Shown piece after piece: positions 1-9,728 of a stretch of 64,000 bases of DNA; position 1 is the stretch's first letter; each line of letters opens with the position of its first letter. The translations under genes and the position numbers were made by a program. Under the pieces are notes generated by a model. It was not told the origin of the DNA. It searched no databases and was given only the letters and a program-made list of their open reading frames with translations. Source of the DNA: Candidatus Jordarchaeales archaeon (lineage in GTDB: Archaea > Asgardarchaeota > Jordiarchaeia > Jordiarchaeales > Freyrarchaeaceae); NCBI GenBank assembly GCA_038858525.1, contig JAWCFL010000006.1:3442-67441 (forward strand). The letters are read 5' to 3'.

Positions 1-1112
1 CTGTTCGTGAAGGAGACGAGTACGTTATAACTGGTAAGAAGAGGTTCATCACGGCAGGTGGCGTCGCCGACAGGTATCTCCTCTACGCAAGGACTAGTGA
101 TGACCCTGAAGATAGGCGGCGGTATAGGCACCTTTCAGCCTTCGTCCTTGAAAAAGGCATGCCTGGCTTCTCTCTCGAAAAAATAAATGAGCTGATAGGC
201 TTCGAAAATGTTCCTAACGCGTATCTCCATCTCGATCACGTTCGTGTACCCGTAGAAAACAGAATAGGAAACGAGGGAGACGGCTGGAACATAATGATGG
301 GCGGACTAAACTTCGAGAGGACTCTCTGCGCCGCCGTCACGTTGGGAGGAATGCTCGAGGCACTAAGGTGTATCTATAACTACCTTCAGAGGAGAGTGCA
401 GTTCGGCATGAGAACAATTGATTTCGTCAACAACCAGTTCGCAATAGCGGATATGATTGCAGATTACAGGATCGCTCGGCTTGTAACGTACTACTCTGCT
501 TACACGATGGATATAGGTCTTAACATGCCAGTAGAAGCGGCTGCATCAAAAATGTTCACGTCGGACGCTTCCCTGAGAATGGGGATTAATGGAGTCCAAA
601 TAATGGGTGGAGACGGTTTGACCAAATTCTACCCGGTCGAGAGGCTCGTAAGGGAATCAAAGATAGGCCAGATCATAGCTGGAACAAACGAGATAATGAA
701 AGTTATCATTTACAGAATGGGCCCGCTCGCCATGTACGAGGACCTCATATACCCGTGGAGGTTCACGCTACACCCACGCCTCCAAGTCCCAATGCCAACG
801 TTCGAAAAATCACCCTTCGCAGGACAGGAAGTCAACGAGGCAAACATGCTCAAGCTCTTCGCACTAAACTACCGAATAAACCCAGGACTCTACATGACAA
901 TAGAAGACATAGCAAAAGAGTTCGAAGCGCCACAAGAAAAAATCATAGAAGTCCTCCAAGCCATGGAAGCAAAAGGACTAGCATCGCTCTACAAGGACCG
1001 CAGAGGAAGAATACTAATGGCAAGACCAACATACAAAGCTCTCATGCAGGCGGCACCACCAGAGTACTACCGCTGGTTCCCCGAGTGGTACAGGGACGAA
1101 GACAAGTTCTAA
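1..1112 (+). CDS. Acyl-CoA dehydrogenase, 5'-truncated by the window edge, with a C-terminal ~120-aa extension resembling a winged helix
   Basis: The frame stays open from position 3. The upstream translation VREGDEYVITGKKRFITAGGVADRYLLYARTSDDPE...HLSAFVLEKGMPGFS matches the ACAD middle and C-terminal domains. The QIIAGTNEIMKVIIYRM segment matches the ACAD C-terminal helix. The tail (IEDIAKEFEAPQEKIIEVLQAMEAKGLASLYKD) looks like a wHTH. Confidence 0.7.
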   Translation, partial: VREGDEYVITGKKRFITAGGVADRYLLYARTSDDPEDRRRYRHLSAFVLEKGMPGFSLEKINELIGFENVPNAYLHLDHVRVPVENRIGNEGDGWNIMMGGLNFERTLCAAVTLGGMLEALRCIYNYLQRRVQFGMRTIDFVNNQFAIADMIADYRIARLVTYYSAYTMDIGLNMPVEAAASKMFTSDASLRMGINGVQIMGGDGLTKFYPVERLVRESKIGQIIAGTNEIMKVIIYRMGPLAMYEDLIYPWRFTLHPRLQVPMPTFEKSPFAGQEVNEANMLKLFALNYRINPGLYMTIEDIAKEFEAPQEKIIEVLQAMEAKGLASLYKDRRGRILMARPTYKALMQAAPPEYYRWFPEWYRDEDKF

Positions 1113-1173
1113 ACTCTCCTTTCTTACCCTCCTCTTTTGTTTTTACTGCTCCCTAATGTTGAGAGGGTGAACA

Positions 1174-2034
1174 TTGAGAGTTATAGATGCTCATATCCAC
1201 CTTATTCCTGAAAAAATCGTTAGCACTAGTGTTCTGAGTTTGATGCAGCGTTTCTTTCAAGTTGATCCAGAATTCTACCTTCAAATTGCCCGGAACCCTA
1301 ACAACCTTGTCAGTTATCTTGACAGGTATAACATTGATGCCGTTGCTGTAATGTCTTATCCTGCCCCGGACGTCATGGGGTGGGGCGACGAACTTGTAGA
1401 AGCTGTAGGCGAGTACACAAGTAGCCACCCTGACCGGCTGTTTTTCTTCTGCTCGGTTCATCCCCGGTTTGAGGACAAACCTACGAAAAAACTAGAACAC
1501 CTTTATAGCAAGTATGAAGTAAGAGGAATAAAGCTTCACCCGGTCCATCAACTCTTCAAGCCGAATGCTTACTTGCCTGAAGAGGGCGGAATGCATACAC
1601 TAGAAGAAATTTATCAGTTTGCAATTGACCATGATGTCCCCGTTCTTTTCCATACAGGAACAAGCGTATTCCCGAGGGCTCGGAACAAATACGGCGACCC
1701 GATATTTCTAGACGACGTAGCCACTGATTATCCCAAACTAGAAATAATAATGAGTCATGGCGGTCGCCCAATATGGATGAAGACTTCAGTCTTCTTGCTA
1801 CGGAGGCACCCAAATATAACGCTTGACATTTCAGGCATACCACCAAAGAAGTTGACAGAATATTTCCCAGACATAGAGAAATTCGCTGACAGAAGCATGT
1901 TCGGCTCCGACTGGCCAAGCCCCGGAGTACCGACAATACACGGCAACATAGAACAATTTTTAAACACAGAGCTTTCCACTCAAGCAAAAGAAAAAATACT
2001 TTTTGAGACAGCATCCAAAAAACTTAAACTATAA
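1174..2034 (+). CDS. Metal-dependent amidohydrolase, TIM-barrel, amidohydrolase_2-like
   Basis: The N-terminus IDAHIHL, an internal HTG, and the SHGG...D motifs are typical of amidohydrolase-2 family TIM-barrel hydrolases. Confidence 0.5.
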   Translation: MRVIDAHIHLIPEKIVSTSVLSLMQRFFQVDPEFYLQIARNPNNLVSYLDRYNIDAVAVMSYPAPDVMGWGDELVEAVGEYTSSHPDRLFFFCSVHPRFEDKPTKKLEHLYSKYEVRGIKLHPVHQLFKPNAYLPEEGGMHTLEEIYQFAIDHDVPVLFHTGTSVFPRARNKYGDPIFLDDVATDYPKLEIIMSHGGRPIWMKTSVFLLRRHPNITLDISGIPPKKLTEYFPDIEKFADRSMFGSDWPSPGVPTIHGNIEQFLNTELSTQAKEKILFETASKKLKL

Positions 2035-2666
2035 CTTTACTTTTCCTCCAAGGAAAACGCTTTTTCAAGAACATCAAAACTAGAAGGACTCTAAAAGTAG
2101 AAAAGAGATTTTTCTATTGCCCTTTTTTGCATAGTCTTGTCGAGGACGCCAGGACTTCGAGTGCTAAGTGCTAAGAAAGTGTTATAATTAGCGATACAAG
2201 GGACGCGTCTCTACTAATAGTGTCGATACAAGAGAACCCCAAATGTGAGATATAGTGCAAACCCCCAGCGACCTGCTGCTCTTGTTTGACCATGCCAAAT
2301 AATAAAAGATTATCGTCGAGATTCCAATTGTGCTTTCGTATATGAAGAAGCTGTAATTATTCATCTATTTAGTAAGAAAGGAAATTTGCTGTTATGCACG
2401 GTGTATTCTATGTGATGCCTCCTCAGAGGAAAACTCTAATAATAATACTCGGAGCTCAGCGGTTCCCCTTTTCTGCCTCAAACCTTATCTTGTTGTTAAT
2501 GTTCACTATCGCAATCGCTAAAGGCTTTCATCTTCATCTTCCTATGTATTTACTTTCAATAAGCGAAAGCAGTTTATCTACGTAGATCTCCCTGATCACT
2601 CGGGAAACCCCCATCATGAAAAATATTTGATCAAATTTTGAGTTATTCGGAAAAACTTTAAAACAT

Positions 2667-5174
2667 ATGACTCTTCTTATCTTTGATAAACTGTTTTCAG
2701 AGTTGGGGGCCATTATGTCTGGCGGCAAGATTAAGGAGCCTCGCTGGGACGTTTCTAAGGAGTCTGAAATTTGGGAGCTTTGGCAGAAAGAAAAAACTTA
2801 CCGCTTCAACGAGAACAGTGGGAAACCTTTTTTCACCATAGATAATCCTCCACCATATGTAAGCGGTAGGTGGCATATGGGTGGCGCCGTTCACTATGCG
2901 TCGATCGACTTCATAGCTCGTTTCATGCGCATGAAAGGTTTTGAGGTTCTCTATAAATTTGGACTTGATAGGAACGGGCTCCCCGTAGAGGTTAGCGTCG
3001 AGAAGGAATACAAGATAAAGATGACTGAGACCCCTAGGGAAGTGTTTATCGCTAAGTGTAAGGAGTACCTTGACAGAGTTGGAAATGATATTTTGAACAT
3101 CTGCAAGCTTATGGGGTTCTCTAATAACTCTTTTGAGTGGGATGAAATATACAAAACGGATCAAGATGAATATAGAGCTCTAACTCAAGCGACCTTTATT
3201 GAACTGTGGAGGAAGGGGTATATTTACGAAGATGAGCGTCCAGTGAGCTGGTGTAGCGACTGCCAGACAGTAATCGCCGAGGCTGAAATTGAAAGGCAGG
3301 AGGAAGAAACCAGCCTCTACTACATTAAGTTCAAAGTTAAAGAGACCGGGGAAGACTTAGTCATAGCCACGACTAGACCTGAGCTGATATGCGCGTGCGG
3401 CGCGGTGATAGTCAACCCCGACGACGACCGGTATACTCGTCTTCATGGCTTAACTGCAGTGACTCCCATTTACGGTAAGGAGGTTCCCATAATACCTCAC
3501 CCAGCAGCTAAACCTGAATACGGTACGGGCGTGGTCATGGTTTGCTCTTACGGAGACATGGTTGACCTTAGGCTCTTCAGGGAACTTTCCCTTACACCAA
3601 CATTCGCCATAAACAAGGATGGTTTAATGACCAAAGTTGCTGGAAAATACGCTGGCCTAAGCGTGAAAAATGCTAGGAGCGCGATAGTTGAGGACTTAAA
3701 GCGAATGGGTTTGCTAGTTAAGTCTGAGAAGATAGTTCACAGCCAGCCAATCTGCTGGAGAAGCAAAACCCCCATAGAGTATGTCGCAATGAAGGAGTAT
3801 TATCTAAAAATGCTGGACTTCGTGCCCCAACTCAGAGAGATCGCCGAGAAAGTCGAGTGGCATCCTCCATCGGCTAAGTATCTTTGGCTCAACTGGATTA
3901 ACTCTCTCACCATGGACTGGCCTATTTCAAGAAGGCGCTACTATGGGACGGAAATACCCATATGGTACTGTAAAAAGTGCGGCGCCCCAAATCTTCCTGA
4001 ACCAGGCAAATACTATAAACCTTGGATGGAACAACCTCCCTTCAACAAGTGTGCCAAGTGTGGCGGCTCAGATGGCTTTATCGGGGAGACGCGAACATTT
4101 GACACTTGGGTCGACTCCTCCATATCCCCATTGTTCATTTCTCTATATCCCGGGAATGTTAAAGAAAGCAATGAGTCCTTCTTCAAGAAGCTATCCTCCC
4201 GGCCATACCTCTGCGACCTGCGTCCTCAAGGAAAAGACATAGTGGGCACATGGCTAAACTATACCATGCTGAGGATCCTGCAGATTCTAGATAAGCCCGC
4301 CTTCAAGCATGTTTGGATAAGCGGGCACGTCGTCGATAAGGATGGACGAAAAATGTCCAAGAGCCTCGGAAACATAGTTTACCCCGAACCTGTCGTCGCA
4401 AAGTATGGAGCCGACGCTGTTCGTCTCTATGCCAGCATGATTGCGTCACTCGGTGACGATGTGCGTTTCGATGAGTCCAAGGTTGCTGGGGTAGCGCGTT
4501 TCCTGCAAAAATTATGGAACATAGCTAGGTTTATTTCGAATTTCCCAGAGCCAACAGAGGTTTTCAGCTTAACCGAGACTGATAAATGGATCCTCTCAGA
4601 ACTCAACAAGCTAATCCGGAAAGTCGATGAAAGCTACTCCTCGTTCGACTTTCACCCCGGGACTGTTGCACTTTACAACTTCACGTGGAACGTCTTTGCA
4701 AGCCACTACGTTGAAATGGTGAAGGCTCGCGCTTACAACAGAAACGGCACATTTAGTGAGAGCGAACAGAAAGCTGCACACTGGACGCTTCACTTCTGCC
4801 TAAAGACAATACTAAAGCTCTTAGCCCCAGTAACGCCCTTCATAACTGACGCCATCTGGAGACAACTGTATAGCAGGGAGAGCATACATAAAGAAAAATT
4901 CCCTGAAGCAGACCCATCAATGATACTCGAAGAAGACTACACGCCGCTAATCCTAGAAACAAACTCTGTTCTTTGGAAAGTTAAGAAGAATGCTGGCCTA
5001 TCACTTAAAGTTCCACTTAAAGCAGTGATCCTTCCTAAAAAGCTGGAAGCGTTCGCCATGGATCTGCGCGAAATGCATAACATCGAGGAACTACAATTCT
5101 CGGATGAGCCTAAAGGAAACGGATTCGAAGAATTTCAAGCGGACGGAAAAAGGATTCTTGTAGCGGTAAACTAG
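2667..5174 (+). CDS. valS: Class I aminoacyl-tRNA synthetase, most likely valyl-tRNA synthetase. The true start may be the Met at 2715.
   Basis: The PPPYVSG-WHMGG motif is HIGH-like but degenerate. The GLDRNGLPVE motif is characteristic of Val/Ile-type enzymes. A CP1 editing segment TTRPELICACGAVIVNPDDDRY resembles the ValRS ATTRPET...NP motif. KMSKSLGN is present. The length of 835 aa fits archaeal ValRS and not LeuRS or IleRS. Confidence 0.6.
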   Translation: MTLLIFDKLFSELGAIMSGGKIKEPRWDVSKESEIWELWQKEKTYRFNENSGKPFFTIDNPPPYVSGRWHMGGAVHYASIDFIARFMRMKGFEVLYKFGLDRNGLPVEVSVEKEYKIKMTETPREVFIAKCKEYLDRVGNDILNICKLMGFSNNSFEWDEIYKTDQDEYRALTQATFIELWRKGYIYEDERPVSWCSDCQTVIAEAEIERQEEETSLYYIKFKVKETGEDLVIATTRPELICACGAVIVNPDDDRYTRLHGLTAVTPIYGKEVPIIPHPAAKPEYGTGVVMVCSYGDMVDLRLFRELSLTPTFAINKDGLMTKVAGKYAGLSVKNARSAIVEDLKRMGLLVKSEKIVHSQPICWRSKTPIEYVAMKEYYLKMLDFVPQLREIAEKVEWHPPSAKYLWLNWINSLTMDWPISRRRYYGTEIPIWYCKKCGAPNLPEPGKYYKPWMEQPPFNKCAKCGGSDGFIGETRTFDTWVDSSISPLFISLYPGNVKESNESFFKKLSSRPYLCDLRPQGKDIVGTWLNYTMLRILQILDKPAFKHVWISGHVVDKDGRKMSKSLGNIVYPEPVVAKYGADAVRLYASMIASLGDDVRFDESKVAGVARFLQKLWNIARFISNFPEPTEVFSLTETDKWILSELNKLIRKVDESYSSFDFHPGTVALYNFTWNVFASHYVEMVKARAYNRNGTFSESEQKAAHWTLHFCLKTILKLLAPVTPFITDAIWRQLYSRESIHKEKFPEADPSMILEEDYTPLILETNSVLWKVKKNAGLSLKVPLKAVILPKKLEAFAMDLREMHNIEELQFSDEPKGNGFEEFQADGKRILVAVN

Positions 5175-6445
5175 TACCTTAGAATAGCAGCAACGCCCTT
5201 AAACGCTTGCTTTAACTGCTGCCCCTCCTCGGTTTCAGTAGATATTACCTCAACTTTAGCCCCAGTTTGCTCGCCAAGTTCGCCGAGTTCCTCTATTATC
5301 CCTTTAACCTCTTTCACAGCAAGAAGCGAGCTATTACATTTCGGACAGTTTCTCTGCGCCACCTCACTATGAATCTGTGCTAGCTCCTCCTCCCTAGTCG
5401 TCTTCTCTTCCGTATAGCCGCAGTTAGGGCACTGAATGGTCACCCGAACAATATCTAATCCCTCCGAGAGCAGGAGGACATCCACCCTCCCTTGCACTAA
5501 AGCCTCTCTAACTTCTCTCTCACCGTAGGTGACTTTTTCGTCATCCTTCGCTAAGACCTCGAGAAACTTCTGGACTAAACGCTTTTCCTCCGTATATCTG
5601 AGGTTGGCGAAAAGCATCTCAGCTTTTCCGATGAGGTCCTTTATCCCGGGCTCTCCCGTGTAGCTCGTATCGACCACGCCTATTATCTTTTGCTTAACTC
5701 GGTAATCTAGATAATCCCCTTCAATAAACTTCTCCTTTGAGGGGCCCGGTCCTCCAACCACTATTCCTTTCAAGTCGGGGATTGAAAGAAAGACGTTGTT
5801 AGCGTGCTCCCCGACTCTCTTGAAAAACTCGTGTCCCGCCTGCTCTATGAGTCTCTCGAACCTACGCTGAGACTGTCCTCCAGCAGTGTGTTTGCCCGGA
5901 ATGCCCGATGTGAGCTTCTTGTATACTTCAAGATGGGTTCCTTTAACTGTGGCGATGTGAGCTTCGGATTTATCTAAAACTATTATTCCGTAAGTATCTT
6001 TTTCCTCCAACATTTCCTTTAGCGGGTCTAGGTAAAACTTACTGTCACAGTGGTACTTGTATATCTTTATGGGTTCAGGTGGAACCACCATCCAGAACTC
6101 GAGCTTCTCGGTTCCCTGAGTACTACCGGTAGGTATTGCTCCGCTAAATATGACGAGCCCGTTAGGGGGTGGACGCGAGAAGTACTTTAGCTTCGCCATT
6201 ATGCTCCTAAGCGCTTCCATCACGTTCTTCCTAGTCGCCTTAGACTTGATGTTTGCTGCTGTGCCATACTCTTCTTTAAGGTAATTCGTCACGTCACTTA
6301 TACTGCGGTCTGGCGGAATGTAAAGGCTAATAAGCTCTGTGTGGAAGCCCTTTTTATTCTCCAACTCTTCTATGAGTTTACGTAACTTATACTTCTCGAA
6401 CGATGTCCTTTCTTTAACCTCAACCTCTTCGCTCAAAGCATACAC
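5171..6445 (-). CDS. prf1: Peptide chain release factor aRF1
   Basis: NIKS motif (TAANIKSKATRK), GGQ motif (TAGGQSQRRFERL), 424 aa, and a C-terminal zinc-ribbon-like CPNCG...CPKC. Confidence 0.85.
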   Translation of the reverse strand: MYALSEEVEVKERTSFEKYKLRKLIEELENKKGFHTELISLYIPPDRSISDVTNYLKEEYGTAANIKSKATRKNVMEALRSIMAKLKYFSRPPPNGLVIFSGAIPTGSTQGTEKLEFWMVVPPEPIKIYKYHCDSKFYLDPLKEMLEEKDTYGIIVLDKSEAHIATVKGTHLEVYKKLTSGIPGKHTAGGQSQRRFERLIEQAGHEFFKRVGEHANNVFLSIPDLKGIVVGGPGPSKEKFIEGDYLDYRVKQKIIGVVDTSYTGEPGIKDLIGKAEMLFANLRYTEEKRLVQKFLEVLAKDDEKVTYGEREVREALVQGRVDVLLLSEGLDIVRVTIQCPNCGYTEEKTTREEELAQIHSEVAQRNCPKCNSSLLAVKEVKGIIEELGELGEQTGAKVEVISTETEEGQQLKQAFKGVAAILRY

Positions 6446-6917
6446 CTCGAAGCGCTCCGTCTAACCATCTTCTCACCAAACACTTGCAACAACCAACTAA
6501 TCCCTTTTCTACTTTTACCATGGCTTCCCACAACTTCTCCTCAAGCGTCTCGGGAGTATACTCCACCTTAATTATTTCAGGGTTTCCCAGAACTAAAGCT
6601 GAGACCCTAAGTTTAGCTTCCGACAAGTAAAGGCAAATAACGCGCTTTCCCTTGACGAGAGCTTGCTGTATTTCGATTCCAACGCCAGTAGAGGGCGTTG
6701 AAACTTCAGCCACTAAGATATCACACTCGTTAATAAGCCTCATATCTCTTTCGAATATTTCCTCGTCGCTCTTCCCTCTTTCAGATTCACCGCTCTCATC
6801 CAGTACATGAGGAGTGATCACCTTGAAGCCCTTTCTCTCTAGAACTAAAAATATTCTTTCATATATCTCGCTTCGCATCCGTTCACCACGAATTGGAGTA
6901 GCAAAGTAAACCTTCAC
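6420..6917 (-). CDS. Nucleoside 2-deoxyribosyltransferase-like protein
   Basis: It is small (165 aa) and has the MKVYFATPIRGE...CDILVAEVSTPSTGVGIEIQQALVKGKRVICL pattern typical of the nucleoside 2-deoxyribosyltransferase / YtoQ fold. Confidence 0.35.
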   Translation of the reverse strand: MKVYFATPIRGERMRSEIYERIFLVLERKGFKVITPHVLDESGESERGKSDEEIFERDMRLINECDILVAEVSTPSTGVGIEIQQALVKGKRVICLYLSEAKLRVSALVLGNPEIIKVEYTPETLEEKLWEAMVKVEKGLVGCCKCLVRRWLDGALRGVCFERRG

Positions 6918-6927
6918 CTAATCCACC

Positions 6928-7443
6928 CTAAAGGGAAGTAGTGAATTTCTCCTCTCCCAGATATAAAAGCACCTCTTTTTTCCTTTCAGCGAAGTCCTCC
7001 TCGGCGTAAGCCTCCAAAACTCTTCCTATAAAGACCATGTGGTCTCCAGCCTCAATGGCCTTCTCGACTTTACACTCAAGGTGAGCAAGACACTCTGCGA
7101 TTATAGGTGCCCGCACTCTCCTAGCCGAGGCCGCTGTCAACTTTGCCTCCTTAAATTTGTCGAAGTCCCTGCCCGATATTGTTCCGCAGAGAAGGACCTC
7201 GCTAACCAGCTTTGAGGACGGTACGTTAACCACGAATTCTCCGCTCTCCATAATCATCCTGTAAGACTCTCTCCGAAAGCCGATACTCACCGCCAACATG
7301 GGGGGATCGAAGCTAACAGGCATAGACCAGGCAAGCGTAATTATGTTCCTTTTTCCCTTAGAATCAACACAGCTAACCAGCACGACAGGTCTTGGATATA
7401 ACAATGAATGTGCTTCATCCACATTAACCTTCAAACCCACCAC
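6928..7443 (-). CDS. Flavin reductase-like FMN-binding protein
   Basis: 171 aa. The RPVVLVS...NIITLAWSMPVSFDPP...VVNVP pattern is typical of flavin reductase domain (split-barrel) proteins. Confidence 0.5.
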   Translation of the reverse strand: MVGLKVNVDEAHSLLYPRPVVLVSCVDSKGKRNIITLAWSMPVSFDPPMLAVSIGFRRESYRMIMESGEFVVNVPSSKLVSEVLLCGTISGRDFDKFKEAKLTAASARRVRAPIIAECLAHLECKVEKAIEAGDHMVFIGRVLEAYAEEDFAERKKEVLLYLGEEKFTTSL

Positions 7444-7461
7444 TCCATCATAATGTTAGTG

Positions 7462-8565
7462 TTACCTTGTTACTTCAGCGCTTCTTACTTTTTCATAAAT
7501 TTCTCTCGCTCTCTTGTCCTCCTCAAAGTGTCTTCTTATTGGATCTATTATGTCGTCAAGATATCTTGCTGCCGCCTCCTTAAGGTCTAGAGGGTGTATT
7601 TCTCCTTTGACGTATGACTCTTTTAGCTCGCTGTAGGATGTGAAAGTCAGGGCGTCTTTGCCCTTTCTCTCAACTGTTACTTCCCTGCGTTTTTCAAAGA
7701 TTATCTTCTCCATTATGTCCATTATTGGGTTTCCTTCCACCACCCTTGGGGGGCAGAAGGCGTTACGAATTTTCCTCCATATATCTTCCCTTGAATCGTG
7801 AATGAAAATAGCTGAGTCAGGCACGCTTTTACTCATCTTAGAGCTTATCATGAAATCTATTTTTTCATCCTCATCAAATCCTCCTATTCCTTCTCCTACC
7901 TTGAGTCCTAAGAGAAGCGGGTGATGAATGGCTATGGGCTTGCGCCTCCCAAATAGCGGGGCAACCTCCCTAGCAAGCATGTTAACCTTCCTTTGGTCTA
8001 TCCCCAGCTGGCATATGTCCACTTCGAGCTGGAAGATGTCGGCACACTGCATTACAGGATAGAACAGGAAAGCTGTTGGGTTCGAGGCGCTTTCCTTCCT
8101 TCCAGCGATGGTAAGAGCTCTCATAGTTCTGCTCACGGTCACGTTCTTAGCTATCATCATAACTTTCTTCCAGTATTCGGGGTCGTCAAAGTGCTCTTTG
8201 TGCCACACAACATCCACCTTGCTGAAGTCTACGCCAGCAGCCTTCCAAACTTCTATGAAGTATTTTCCAGCATCCCTTATTCGCTCTATGTCCCCTCCAA
8301 GTTTATTATTAATCCACGCAAAACTATCAGCTAATAATAGTTTAAATCTTATACCCGTCTTCATTAATTTCTCAAGTATGATAGGCCTATAAACTGCAAC
8401 AGGAAGATGCGCTAGCCCTGACGGCTCAAAACCATCATAAGCTACAGGCTTCTCATTAACTTCAAAAAGCTCTCTCAACTCTTCCTCAGTTACTATCTCT
8501 GCGCTACAACTTCTAACCAGCTGTATCTTTTCCTCAATATCCATATTGCTCCCTCTTAAGAGCAT
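7462..8565 (-). CDS. tyrS: Class Ic aminoacyl-tRNA synthetase, tyrosyl-tRNA synthetase type (TrpRS not excluded)
   Basis: GFEPSGLAHL is a HIGH-region variant of the archaeal TyrRS GFEPSG motif. Blocks YPVMQCADIF, GIDQRKVNMLAREV and CPPRVVEGNPIMDI align with Methanocaldococcus TyrRS. KMSKS is present. 367 aa. Confidence 0.6.
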   Translation of the reverse strand: MLLRGSNMDIEEKIQLVRSCSAEIVTEEELRELFEVNEKPVAYDGFEPSGLAHLPVAVYRPIILEKLMKTGIRFKLLLADSFAWINNKLGGDIERIRDAGKYFIEVWKAAGVDFSKVDVVWHKEHFDDPEYWKKVMMIAKNVTVSRTMRALTIAGRKESASNPTAFLFYPVMQCADIFQLEVDICQLGIDQRKVNMLAREVAPLFGRRKPIAIHHPLLLGLKVGEGIGGFDEDEKIDFMISSKMSKSVPDSAIFIHDSREDIWRKIRNAFCPPRVVEGNPIMDIMEKIIFEKRREVTVERKGKDALTFTSYSELKESYVKGEIHPLDLKEAAARYLDDIIDPIRRHFEEDKRAREIYEKVRSAEVTR

Positions 8566-8613
8566 ACAGGTTTTAAACCATCAAAATAATTTTTCCCCAT
8601 CCTAACTTTTAAA

Positions 8614-9723
8614 TTGAAGTGGGGGAGAAAGCATTGCGGTGGTCGGATGGACTACTGGTGGGACTTATCCGTCATACATTGGATTCAAGGATCCTTTTGG
8701 ACTCCTTGGGGCTTCATGAAAGCACCTTCATTGCTGGACGGCGTAATGTGGGTGGTAACGCAGTTCGGGACTGAAACAGTATGGATACTGGTGGTCTCCG
8801 CCCTTTTCTGGCTTGGATACCGAAAGGAAAGCCTCCTATTAGGTGCCCTGGTACTCCTCGAAGCCATGATAAACTTCTGGCTGAAGTACGCCATTTTTAG
8901 ACTTAGACCAACAAGGTATGAAGCATTTATCTTCTACGAGTCATCGGACCCGTCGATGCCGAGTGGGCACGCTCAGCTTGCGGCAACAGCCAGTTTTTAC
9001 ACGTCTCGGGTAATCTGTTTAAACTTAGAATCAACCAGTAATGTGGCGAGAGAAAGCGGCAGAAGCTGGTTTAGCAAAAAGTGTTTCGCCTTATACTCGT
9101 TAGCTCTCACGCTGACAGTTCTCGTATCACTAAGCAGAATTTACTTAGGCGTTCACTGGCCTACTGATGTGATCGCCGGTAGCGCCATTGGCTTCACAAT
9201 ATTCATAGTCTACTCCCTTACGGCTGAGAAGCTGTGGGGTATAGTTGCACCCCGACTCCCAACGAACACATTATGCAAATGTATTCTAGTAGCGTTGCTT
9301 GGAGTTGCGATCGGCGTATTTACGCCTTCTTCTTGGGGAATAGGCTGGTATGCTGGAGGCTTCTTCACAGGCTTCTTCACAGGTGCAGTGCTCGAAACCG
9401 ATGCTGTAAAGCTTGAAAAACCCATGGTGCTGAGGAAAGCTCTTGGAAGATTAATTATTGGTGGCCTAGTTCTCTTCGTTCTTGCGGTGGTAGCTGACAA
9501 AGTTTCCTCAGGAGCACATGCCCTACTCGACTTAGCAGAGCTACTGTTGAAGTTTTTCGTCATTCCAAGCTCACTTTCACCTTGGACAGAAGTAATAACC
9601 AGCATCATCCTAGAACCATACATGAACATATTCTTCAGTGTAGTGCAGTTCCCTCTCTATATCCTAATTGGGCTATGGATCAGCTTTATAGCACCATACA
9701 TGTTCAAGGCTTTCCAGCTCTAA
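8614..9723 (+). CDS. PAP2-family (type 2 phosphatidic acid phosphatase) integral membrane protein
   Basis: It carries the KxxxxxxRP motif (KYAIFRLRP), PSGHA, and SRIYLGVHWPTDV, which are the three PAP2 signature motifs. There are multiple TM helices. Confidence 0.6.
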   Translation: MKWGRKHCGGRMDYWWDLSVIHWIQGSFWTPWGFMKAPSLLDGVMWVVTQFGTETVWILVVSALFWLGYRKESLLLGALVLLEAMINFWLKYAIFRLRPTRYEAFIFYESSDPSMPSGHAQLAATASFYTSRVICLNLESTSNVARESGRSWFSKKCFALYSLALTLTVLVSLSRIYLGVHWPTDVIAGSAIGFTIFIVYSLTAEKLWGIVAPRLPTNTLCKCILVALLGVAIGVFTPSSWGIGWYAGGFFTGFFTGAVLETDAVKLEKPMVLRKALGRLIIGGLVLFVLAVVADKVSSGAHALLDLAELLLKFFVIPSSLSPWTEVITSIILEPYMNIFFSVVQFPLYILIGLWISFIAPYMFKAFQL

Positions 9724-9728
9724 GGCCT

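Noticed and set aside
755-1156. 133-aa ORF overlapping the acyl-CoA dehydrogenase in another frame
   Set aside because: It is highly basic and low-complexity (RKITLRRTGSQRGKHAQALRTK...). It is typical of an out-of-frame artefact inside a real gene.
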